Positions 50,593 through 58,148 of a stretch of 58,148 nucleotides of DNA are shown here, piece by piece. Each line of letters begins with the position of its first letter. Within the stretch, counting starts at the first letter, position 1. Source of the stretch: an uncultured Gammaproteobacteria bacterium (lineage in GTDB: Bacteria > Pseudomonadota > Gammaproteobacteria > GCA-001735895). A program made the translations under genes and the position numbers. The stretch is taken from contig CAZAVY010000008.1 of assembly GCA_964488685.1 (NCBI GenBank), positions 1-58,148 of the forward strand. Reading direction: 5' to 3'. The notes beneath the pieces are model-generated. The model made no database searches and was not told the DNA's origin. It saw only the letters and a program-made list of their open reading frames with translations.

Positions 50593-51522
50593 ATGCGTAT
50601 TTTAATCACCGGTGGAGCTGGCTGTCTTGGCTCAAACTTAATAGAACACTGGTTGCCCCAGGGTCACGAAATATTTGTGATCGATAATTTTGCAACCGGA
50701 AAGCGTGAGGTTGTTCCTGAAGTGAAGGGTTTAAGCGTAGTGCAAGGCTCAATCGTTGATGCAGCGCTGGTTGACCTCTGTTTTACTGATTTCAAACCTG
50801 AGATTGTGATTCATTCGGCAGCTGCTTACAAGGAGCCGGATGACTGGATCGAGGACGGCAGCACAAATGTACTGGGCAGTATTCGAATCGCTCGCGCTGC
50901 CGAGAAACACAAGGTAAACAGGCTGGTTAACTTTCAAACCGCTCTTTGTTATGGTCGACCTAATCAGGTACCCATTCCGGTCGAGCATCCAACAGCGCCA
51001 TTTACCAGCTATGGGATATCTAAGACTGCAGGCGAGCAATATATGTTGTTATCTGGAGTGCCAACCGTATCGCTGCGGATTGCCAATGTAACGGGGCCTC
51101 GATTGGCGATTGGGCCAATTCCAACGTTTTATAAACGGCTAAAAAACGATCAAAACTGTTTTTGCTCTGATACTTCGAGAGACTTCCTCGATATGAGTGA
51201 TTTCCTCGCATTCATGGATCTGGCAATAAACACAGACGCCGCGACCGGCATTTATAATATATCCAGTGGTGAAGCACACTCGATCAAGGAAATATTCGGT
51301 CTGGTAGCTGAATATCTTGGCAAGCGAATAGATGACGTTCCCATTGTTCCTCCAGAATCAGACGATGTTCAAGTAGTTGCTCTTGACCCGGCATTAACCC
51401 TGCGTGACTTTGGTTGGAAGGCAAAAGTCAGTTTTGTTGAAACCGTTCAGAGTCAATTGAGGTGGTACGATAAATTTGGCGTAACTGACGTGTTCTCGCA
51501 TCTTAAGTCTCCTGACAAATAA
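50593..51522 (+). CDS. wbmG: Extended SDR, homologue of Bordetella WbmG
   Basis: MRILITGGAGCLGSNLIEHWLPQGHEI, AAAYK, PFTSYGISKTAGE, GPRLAIGPIPTFYKRL closely match recalled WbmG. Confidence 0.88.
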   Translation: MRILITGGAGCLGSNLIEHWLPQGHEIFVIDNFATGKREVVPEVKGLSVVQGSIVDAALVDLCFTDFKPEIVIHSAAAYKEPDDWIEDGSTNVLGSIRIARAAEKHKVNRLVNFQTALCYGRPNQVPIPVEHPTAPFTSYGISKTAGEQYMLLSGVPTVSLRIANVTGPRLAIGPIPTFYKRLKNDQNCFCSDTSRDFLDMSDFLAFMDLAINTDAATGIYNISSGEAHSIKEIFGLVAEYLGKRIDDVPIVPPESDDVQVVALDPALTLRDFGWKAKVSFVETVQSQLRWYDKFGVTDVFSHLKSPDK

Positions 51523-51559
51523 CTGACAGGATTTTCCTTTAGAGGTTTGGCTGGCATAC

Positions 51560-52618
51560 ATGAATAATAAAAGCTTTTCAGGTGCCCAAATATTGGTTGT
51601 CGGTGGAGCAGGTTTTGTTGGGAGCAACCTGGTAAATCAACTTCTGCGGCAGGATATCAAGGAAGTAATTATAGTCGATAACCTGATTTCCTCGGATCCG
51701 GTAAATATTCCGGAAGATCAAAGAGTAGTTTTTACTTTTGGCTCGATTACTGACGATAGAATTCTGTTTGAACTACCAGATACCATTGATTATGTGTTCC
51801 ATCTGGCTTGCTATCATGGCAATCAATCTTCGATAGCAGACCCGATTGCAGACCACGACAACAATACCTTTACTTCGTTAAAATTGTTTGACCGGCTGAA
51901 GGACTACCAAAACCTGAAAAAGGTTGTTTATGCAGCAGCAGCCTGTGCAGTTGCAGAAAAAACTTATGGAGAAGCATGTGCAACTACCGAAGATCAACCC
52001 GTATCACTGTTTCACGACAGTCCATACTCGATTTCTAAAATTATCGGTGAACTTTACGGCAACTATTACTTTCAGCAATACCAGCTGCCGTTTGTAAAGG
52101 CGCGTTTTTCGAACGTATTTGGTCCACGGGAAATACTAGGTGCGGGTCAGTGGCGTGGCACTGTGCACACTGTCTGGCGAAACGTAACTCCGACATTTAT
52201 CTGGCGTTCAATCGAAGGTGAAGCCTTACCTTTGGATAACGGTGGAAAAACAAGTAGGGATTTTATCTACGTGGAAGACATGGCTCGAGGCCTCATGGCC
52301 TGTGCTTTAAACGGTGTGGCAGGTGATGCGTACAATTTGGCTACTGGCGAAGAAACCACGATTCTCGAACTAGCAACCTGGATCAATGAATTCACGGGTA
52401 ATGAAACACCACTAGATTTGCGCCCGGCAAGGGACTGGGATCGATCAGGTAACCGCTTCGCATCCACCGAAAAAGCATCCCGGGATTTGGGTTTTAACGC
52501 CCAGGTTACAATTCGCGATGGCATAAGCAAAACGGTAACCTGGACAAAAGAGAATGCGGAGACGATCCGTAAAAGTATAGCCAGGCACGACAAGCTAATG
52601 GCACAGGCAGGCGGCTAA
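51560..52618 (+). CDS. wbmF: Extended SDR, homologue of Bordetella WbmF (proposed 3,5-epimerase)
   Basis: YHGNQSS, DHDNNT, SPYSISK, GAGQWRGT..TVWRNVTPTFI match recalled WbmF. Confidence 0.87.
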   Translation: MNNKSFSGAQILVVGGAGFVGSNLVNQLLRQDIKEVIIVDNLISSDPVNIPEDQRVVFTFGSITDDRILFELPDTIDYVFHLACYHGNQSSIADPIADHDNNTFTSLKLFDRLKDYQNLKKVVYAAAACAVAEKTYGEACATTEDQPVSLFHDSPYSISKIIGELYGNYYFQQYQLPFVKARFSNVFGPREILGAGQWRGTVHTVWRNVTPTFIWRSIEGEALPLDNGGKTSRDFIYVEDMARGLMACALNGVAGDAYNLATGEETTILELATWINEFTGNETPLDLRPARDWDRSGNRFASTEKASRDLGFNAQVTIRDGISKTVTWTKENAETIRKSIARHDKLMAQAGG

Positions 52619-52620
52619 AA

Positions 52621-53586
52621 GTGCAAATACCTGGAAAAAGCTTCCTGGTTGTCGGGGGTGCCGGATTTATCGGTTCCCATGTAGTTGACCAGTTGCTTGA
52701 CGCCGGGGCAGCACGGGTGAAAATTTACGATAATTTTTCCCGGGGGTCGATGGAAAACCTTGCTGAGGCGCTTCGAGATGACCGCACCGAAATTTTTGAG
52801 GATGGAGGCGATATCCTCCATTTTGATACTTTGCAAAAAGCAATGGTTGGTATCGATGGCGTGTTTCATCTGGCAGCACTATGGTTGTTGCAATGTGTTG
52901 AATATCCGCGTTCGGCATTTGATGTCAATGTGACAGGAACGATGAATGTGATACAGGCTGTTATTAATAGCGGCGTCAAGCGTCTCATATTCTCTTCTTC
53001 TGCTTCGGTATACGGGGATGCTTTGTCCGAACCTATAGAAGAAGATCACCCTTATAATTGTCAGGAGTTTTACGGAGCTAGTAAAGTATGTGGAGAAATG
53101 TTATTGCGGGCACTTTATAATCAGCAACTATCGCGAAACGCGGGATTCGAGTATATCGGTTTACGATATATGAATGTATACGGACCGCGCCAGGATGATA
53201 AAGGAGCCTATGTTGGTGTAATAGTTAAAATGTTGAATGCCTTAGATGCCGGCGAAAATATTGTTGTACATGGTGACGGATCACAGTCTTATGACTTTGT
53301 AGACGTGCGCGATTGTGCCCGCGCAAATATACTCGCGATGCAGGCTGAAATTTCCGATAGTTATTATAATGTTGGCACCGGTATAAAAACATCAATAGCC
53401 GAAATTGCCGAAAAAATTGTCACCTTGTTTCCAGGCAACACAAAGGTAAGCTTCGATAACGTTGACAGGCCGTATGTGAAAAATAGAGTGGGCTCCATTG
53501 CGAATGCGGTAAGCATCCTGGGGTTTGTAGCTGACTACAAGCTCGATGACGGACTAAAAGATCTGATAGGTTGGCGAAATAAATGA
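52621..53586 (+). CDS. NAD-dependent epimerase/dehydratase (extended SDR)
   Basis: GGAGFIGSH, SSSASVYG, YGASK, LRYMNVYGPRQ. Confidence 0.9.
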   Translation: MQIPGKSFLVVGGAGFIGSHVVDQLLDAGAARVKIYDNFSRGSMENLAEALRDDRTEIFEDGGDILHFDTLQKAMVGIDGVFHLAALWLLQCVEYPRSAFDVNVTGTMNVIQAVINSGVKRLIFSSSASVYGDALSEPIEEDHPYNCQEFYGASKVCGEMLLRALYNQQLSRNAGFEYIGLRYMNVYGPRQDDKGAYVGVIVKMLNALDAGENIVVHGDGSQSYDFVDVRDCARANILAMQAEISDSYYNVGTGIKTSIAEIAEKIVTLFPGNTKVSFDNVDRPYVKNRVGSIANAVSILGFVADYKLDDGLKDLIGWRNK

Positions 53587-53768
53587 GTTGAACAGTAAAA
53601 TTAACTACAGGTAAGTCCAAATCTTAGCACTTTTCGGGCCCTCTAAGCAGAAACTCAGTTAAGGTTTTTCAAGGTCGGAGAACGGCACAATGATAGTATG
53701 TTTTTCCTCTGATGTGGCATAGAACCCGCACTTTACTACTCGCTAGTCACACTGTCGCTAAGAAATCA

Positions 53769-54731
53769 CTAAACAGGGATGAATTCAAAATTAGATCCTT
53801 CTCCCGCTTCAATTTTGTGAGTTTTGCGCGCCTTTATTGATATAAAATAGGACCGAGAAATCTGCTTGGCGAACCATTCGGGCATTTCATCCAGATCATC
53901 ATAGGTGAGCCCCCGATTTTGCAAAATTGTTCTCATCTTGATTGCATCAGCGGTGCGTTCCGGTGATCCGTCGTAGTGTCTTGGCAAATGCATGGACAAA
54001 CTAAAGCCACCAAATCTTACTTCATCGACACTGAAGCCTGCGCCAGTCATGTCGTCTTTCAACGATTGCTCAGAGTAGTTGCGCAAATGTACTAGATCAT
54101 ATTTGCACCCCAGATGGGTGGAATAGCTCAAAAGATTTTCCCGATAGGGAACTCGGACAATTGCTACGCCGCCTGGCTTGATTGCCTCATTGAGGCAGTA
54201 GAGGAAATTGCTAACATTCAAAACATGTTCCATCACATCTGTACAAGTGACAAAATCAAATATTTCCCGAAAAGGCATCTCCTCGGCATTTGCCAAAATA
54301 CATTCAAGACTTTCATTCTGCTGTTTCAATTCCTTCAAATAGGGTAGAGCAATATCGAGTGCAGTCATATCGGCTCCACGTTTAACAAGTTGATTAATGA
54401 GGAGGCCTTTACCGGAGCCAATGTCCAGGCCTTTTTGACCTGCCAAATTGTGTCCTGTAAATTTTGCGGTATGAACGGCCAGCATTTTGACATAATCTTG
54501 ATCCATAATGGAATCATCAATGTCATCCGATGCTATTTTTTCATATATTTCCGTGTATCTATTGAGTAATGGATTATTTTTCCCATTTATACTGAGTAAT
54601 ATAGGTATTCCGTCAACAATTTCACCTTGCCAAGCGCAATTGTTGCATACCAGTGTTTCCAAGCTTATGCTTGAATCCCGGCATTGAGGGCAAATTAAGC
54701 CATGCGTGTCTAGCGTTGTGTGTTCAGCCAA
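53769..54731 (-). CDS. Class I SAM methyltransferase with N-terminal Trm112-like CxxC-CxxC module
   Basis: LICPQC..CNNC..VDGIPIL; LDIGSGKG, DVMEHV. Confidence 0.85.
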   Translation of the reverse strand: MAEHTTLDTHGLICPQCRDSSISLETLVCNNCAWQGEIVDGIPILLSINGKNNPLLNRYTEIYEKIASDDIDDSIMDQDYVKMLAVHTAKFTGHNLAGQKGLDIGSGKGLLINQLVKRGADMTALDIALPYLKELKQQNESLECILANAEEMPFREIFDFVTCTDVMEHVLNVSNFLYCLNEAIKPGGVAIVRVPYRENLLSYSTHLGCKYDLVHLRNYSEQSLKDDMTGAGFSVDEVRFGGFSLSMHLPRHYDGSPERTADAIKMRTILQNRGLTYDDLDEMPEWFAKQISRSYFISIKARKTHKIEAGEGSNFEFIPV

Positions 54732-54776
54732 TTGTTACCACCAATTTCTCTTCATACCGTATCATATAGCCGGTTC

Positions 54777-56249
54777 TCATACAGCCCACTGAGCGGGTTG
54801 TTTATATATACTGCTTTCGATGTAGTTCAACGTTCGGTAGACGGAGAAGTCACAGAAATTCGACACAAGGTCGTACCGACGTGTGGGCAGTTCTATCGAA
54901 TCATCTCCGGGGATTATATTGAACGCTACATAATATTCCCCTTCACCAAGAAGACACGGATTCATCCGTGCCGAGAAGTTTCTGGTTTCTCCATTATTCA
55001 CGTTTAACGTAACTTTCGGGCTGCAAATCATTGTAATGTATTTCCCGTCAATGCTGTTTATTCTGATAAAGTACCAGTAACTGAGAGCATCGCTTGTTTC
55101 ACAAAGCACCTCACCTTTGAATTCGACTACGGAACCTTCCCGTATTCTGTCTACAGGTCCGTCTTTGTGGTATATTCCCAATTTGGTAAGTTTCACACCT
55201 TTCTCGCTTGGCCAGCGATACCCCCACTGACCATCGCTCAACTGAATTTTACTACTATCACTACCAAAATCGTTTCTAACACGGCTTTGAGACAACTTCA
55301 TGTCTGGTCGCTCGCCATTTTGTGTGGAGTCAGCGGTTTCCGGGAGTTTTTCCGCCGTTTCCACCGCTATAGATGCCGATTCGGGCTGTGTATTTTTGAC
55401 TCCATGGACTCTAGCAAGCTTCAGTGACAGTTTGTCTTCTGGCTCTACTTCGTTTCCTGAGTTGGGTATTTCGATCCGGTGCGCTTTTTCCTGCATAAAG
55501 ACTTCATATTCACCAATGACATCCCTTGGCACACCATCCCGTTTGATCATGCCATCGCTTATCCAGATCACCCGCCCGCAAAATTGCAGGACCTGTCCCA
55601 TCGAATGGGAAACCAGAAGCAAGGTACAGCCGGATTTGGTGAGCCGCTCCATGCGAGCAGACGATTTGATTGAGAAATAAGCATCCCCCGCGCCCAGGAT
55701 TTCATCCACTACAAGAATATCAGGCTTGATGGCGGTGGCACAGGCAAACTGCAGGCGTGACTGCATACCCAGTGAATAGGTCTTTAGGGGTTGATCGAGA
55801 AACTGGCCAAGTTCACAGAAGTCGATAATATCCTCTTCCGCTGCCTTTTTGTCATCAGCCATAAGGCCGCTATACAGCAGCGAAGCCCCGATATTTTCAC
55901 GCCCGGTAAATTCAGGGTGAAAACCTAGACCGACCTGCATCAGAGCCTGAATATCTCCGTTTGTGACAAGCTCACCCCCCGTGTGGGAAATGGCCCCTGT
56001 AATCAACTTCAAAAGTGTGGTTTTGCCAGCTCCGTTCTGACCTATAATGCCGACACGTTCGCCGTGGGCGATTGTGAAACTTATGCCGCCCAGGGCCTGA
56101 AAATGTGTTGGATTTATCTTGTGCCAAAAAAACAGCTTGTTAAGGTCCATCACATCAATGGCCTGATCTGTCACATTTCCATATAATTTATAGGTCTTGG
56201 TAAGATTTGCGGCCCTTATCGCCAGCCTGCCACTTTTTTCCATATTCAT
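54777..56249 (-). CDS. wzt: Polysaccharide ABC exporter ATPase with C-terminal carbohydrate-binding domain
   Basis: GQNGAGKTT, YSLGMQSRL, VDEILGAGD, C-terminal Wzt_C-like beta domain. Confidence 0.92.
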   Translation of the reverse strand: MNMEKSGRLAIRAANLTKTYKLYGNVTDQAIDVMDLNKLFFWHKINPTHFQALGGISFTIAHGERVGIIGQNGAGKTTLLKLITGAISHTGGELVTNGDIQALMQVGLGFHPEFTGRENIGASLLYSGLMADDKKAAEEDIIDFCELGQFLDQPLKTYSLGMQSRLQFACATAIKPDILVVDEILGAGDAYFSIKSSARMERLTKSGCTLLLVSHSMGQVLQFCGRVIWISDGMIKRDGVPRDVIGEYEVFMQEKAHRIEIPNSGNEVEPEDKLSLKLARVHGVKNTQPESASIAVETAEKLPETADSTQNGERPDMKLSQSRVRNDFGSDSSKIQLSDGQWGYRWPSEKGVKLTKLGIYHKDGPVDRIREGSVVEFKGEVLCETSDALSYWYFIRINSIDGKYITMICSPKVTLNVNNGETRNFSARMNPCLLGEGEYYVAFNIIPGDDSIELPTRRYDLVSNFCDFSVYRTLNYIESSIYKQPAQWAV

Positions 56250-56258
56250 CTGTTTGTC

Positions 56259-57068
56259 TCAGATATTGTCTGACAGCACCAGTTTGCCAGTTTTGAAAAT
56301 CCCATACATGCCATGAAAGCTGACAAATGCGATCACGATACAACCAGTCATGATGGGAACCGGCGGCAGCTTTCCCAGCACCAAGATGCTCTGGAAGCTC
56401 ATTACAAAATAGGCCAACGGGTTGATGTATAGCAGGATACTCAAAGAAGGCGGAATCATGTCCGGTGTATAGGCTATGGGACTGGCGATCAGCAACAGGA
56501 TTATGAGATAGGTCAACATCTGCTGCACATCCTTGATCAGCAGGTTGGCCAGCGACAAGCCCCATACCATGCCAATCAGTGTCATGGCCATAAGCAACAA
56601 GACCACGGGCAACAACAGCCATAGCAGGGTAATTCCTCCCGTGAATAACTTGTAGGCAATGACCACCAGGCCACCGGCGATGATCATTGACCCGCCTGCA
56701 ATCACCTCGCGCACAGGTATAAGCTCGGCCGGAAAAACCTTGTTCAGCAAAAGACCGGGATCATTACTCAGTGAAACGGCGCCCGCGGACAGCGCCTGCG
56801 AAAAGGCGATAAACGGAATAAGGCCGGAAAATATATATAAAATGTAGTCTGAAAGCCCAAGGCCGACAGGCCGTATCTTGAAGATAACTGTGTAGATAAG
56901 GGCGTAAAGGCCAAGCAACATCATGGGCCCGATCACAATCCAGCCCATGCCAAACAGCGATCCCGCATAGCGGGCCCGCAATGAACTTTTGACGGAATCC
57001 CAGAGTAGCCTGCGATATTTATACAGCAGAACATATGGTTCAGAGAATGTTGATTTTGATCTTGCCAT
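56259..57068 (-). CDS. wzm: Polysaccharide ABC exporter permease
   Basis: ARYAGSLFGMGW, NKVFPAELIP, SPIAYTP, INPLAY; start likely MARSK. Confidence 0.92.
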   Translation of the reverse strand: MARSKSTFSEPYVLLYKYRRLLWDSVKSSLRARYAGSLFGMGWIVIGPMMLLGLYALIYTVIFKIRPVGLGLSDYILYIFSGLIPFIAFSQALSAGAVSLSNDPGLLLNKVFPAELIPVREVIAGGSMIIAGGLVVIAYKLFTGGITLLWLLLPVVLLLMAMTLIGMVWGLSLANLLIKDVQQMLTYLIILLLIASPIAYTPDMIPPSLSILLYINPLAYFVMSFQSILVLGKLPPVPIMTGCIVIAFVSFHGMYGIFKTGKLVLSDNI

Positions 57069-57127
57069 CAGGGGCATCCACCATATTAACCGTTTCACTT
57101 TTCCGGCTTGGTTCGCAAGCAAGTGGA

Positions 57128-58102
57128 TCAAACTTTCAGGAAGCGATCCACTTGTCGTGGTGGTCGTCCCAAGCTTTTTTGTCTTTTGCGACCATATGCA
57201 TCAACGTTCATTGCTCCCCAAGACACCAACCACCATGCCTTCACAAAGATATGGACGATATCACAAGTTGGCCGGGCACGATGTGGGTATGTGTGACTGT
57301 CCATCACCAGTTGATAAGCCTGCTCGACTATATTACTCCAGATTTCCTTGTCACGCAGTTTTTCAAGAACATCAACCAGGTTCGAGAAATCCGGATTCAA
57401 TGAAATATAGTGTTCCCCAGGTTTTAAAATATTATTGAACCGACCAGGAAACATTATCTGGCAAGTTTTTATACCGATTGCAACGAAATTACGCGATGAA
57501 ATAGCTTTCGAGTGAGCGGGGCACTTCCTAGCCGTTTTGAGAAAATGCTGATACACCTCGTCAAAATCGAGTTTTTCATACTCAAATATATCATATTTGA
57601 ACGGACCATTCTTCAAAATCGACATGAGCGGCGATTTGACCGATGCAGGTAGATAGCGCACCAGACGGCGCAACGGATTGTCTTCGCCATGTCGATGCCG
57701 CTGCGCTGCTGCCAGGCGAAGGCATAAAACTGTTTCACCAGATCATCGTCTGAACGCAGATACCAACTGCCGGTTTCCGTTGACAATACCACCTTGCAAT
57801 CACCCAGAAAACCAGCCCAGTCTGCGGGAATGAAACGCTTGGTTTTGCTTATGTCGAGCCTTAGCCCAAGCTCCGGGCCATGTTCGACAAAATAGTCGAT
57901 AATACGGTTGCGGTCGTTATCTCCAAGATAGGGCGGATAGCGATAGCTGCGCATCCCCACATCAATGGAAGGTTTGTCATAGTCTTTGCCCGGATGAAAT
58001 AGATCAGGATTCAGGGGATGGGGGATGGGGGATGGAGACGATCTTTGCCCCGCTGTCACCATAAATATAGCGCCCCAAGTATAGACGATATAGACGCCCC
58101 AT
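57128..58102 (-). pseudogene. Frameshifted glycosyltransferase-like gene (CgeB/Glyco_trans_1_2-like)
   Basis: Consecutive overlapping frames join into one plausible protein; breaks at the 58014-58034 heptamer repeat and near 57690; SKAISSRNF..TCQIMFPGRF motif. Confidence 0.6.
58014..58034. repeat. Tandem heptamer (GGGGATG)x3
   Basis: Read directly; lies at a reading-frame break. Confidence 0.9.
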
Positions 58103-58148
58103 CCTTACCTGAACCGAAGGCTACCATCTAAGATGGATACCTCAAAGT

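Noticed and set aside
1-58148. CRISPR arrays, tRNA/rRNA genes, prophage or transposase genes
   Set aside because: No regularly spaced repeats, cloverleaf or rRNA signatures, or such ORFs were seen

Overview
Chromosomal window, probably from a gammaproteobacterium (inferred from gene order and YhdP). 1-28.8 kb is mostly housekeeping. It has an RND efflux pair on +, then on - miaB-phoH-ybeY-corC-lnt-leuS-lptE-[insert]-holA-proA-nadD-rsfS-rlmH-maf-rng-yhdP-orf-tldD. The usually adjacent lptE and holA are separated by about 5.2 kb. This interval holds a 184-bp nested inverted-repeat element, a sigma70-like promoter, and a four-gene operon (membrane-anchored Sel1-like protein, a secreted kinase-less PpkA-type vWA ectodomain, TagT-like ATPase, TagS-like permease). 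It ends with a probable Csr/Rsm-type sRNA preceded by a GacA-type box. No T6SS genes are in the window, so this orphan module is the best candidate for an undescribed system. 28.9-58.1 kb is a mosaic surface-glycan region of three blocks. Block 1 (-) is a PglFEDC plus nonulosonic-acid (legionaminic-type) Wzy/MurJ cluster, with a CBS-aminotransferase fusion and an inverted ptmE-like remnant. Block 2 (+) is wbpB-wbpD-wbpP-wbpI followed by close homologues of Bordetella wbmH-wbmG-wbmF. Block 3 (-) is wzm-wzt-methyltransferase plus a frameshifted glycosyltransferase-like gene. A 132-bp palindromic MITE-like element lies between blocks 1 and 2. I saw no rRNA, tRNA, CRISPR array, integrase or transposase. 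All family assignments are by motif recognition from memory, with no database searches.
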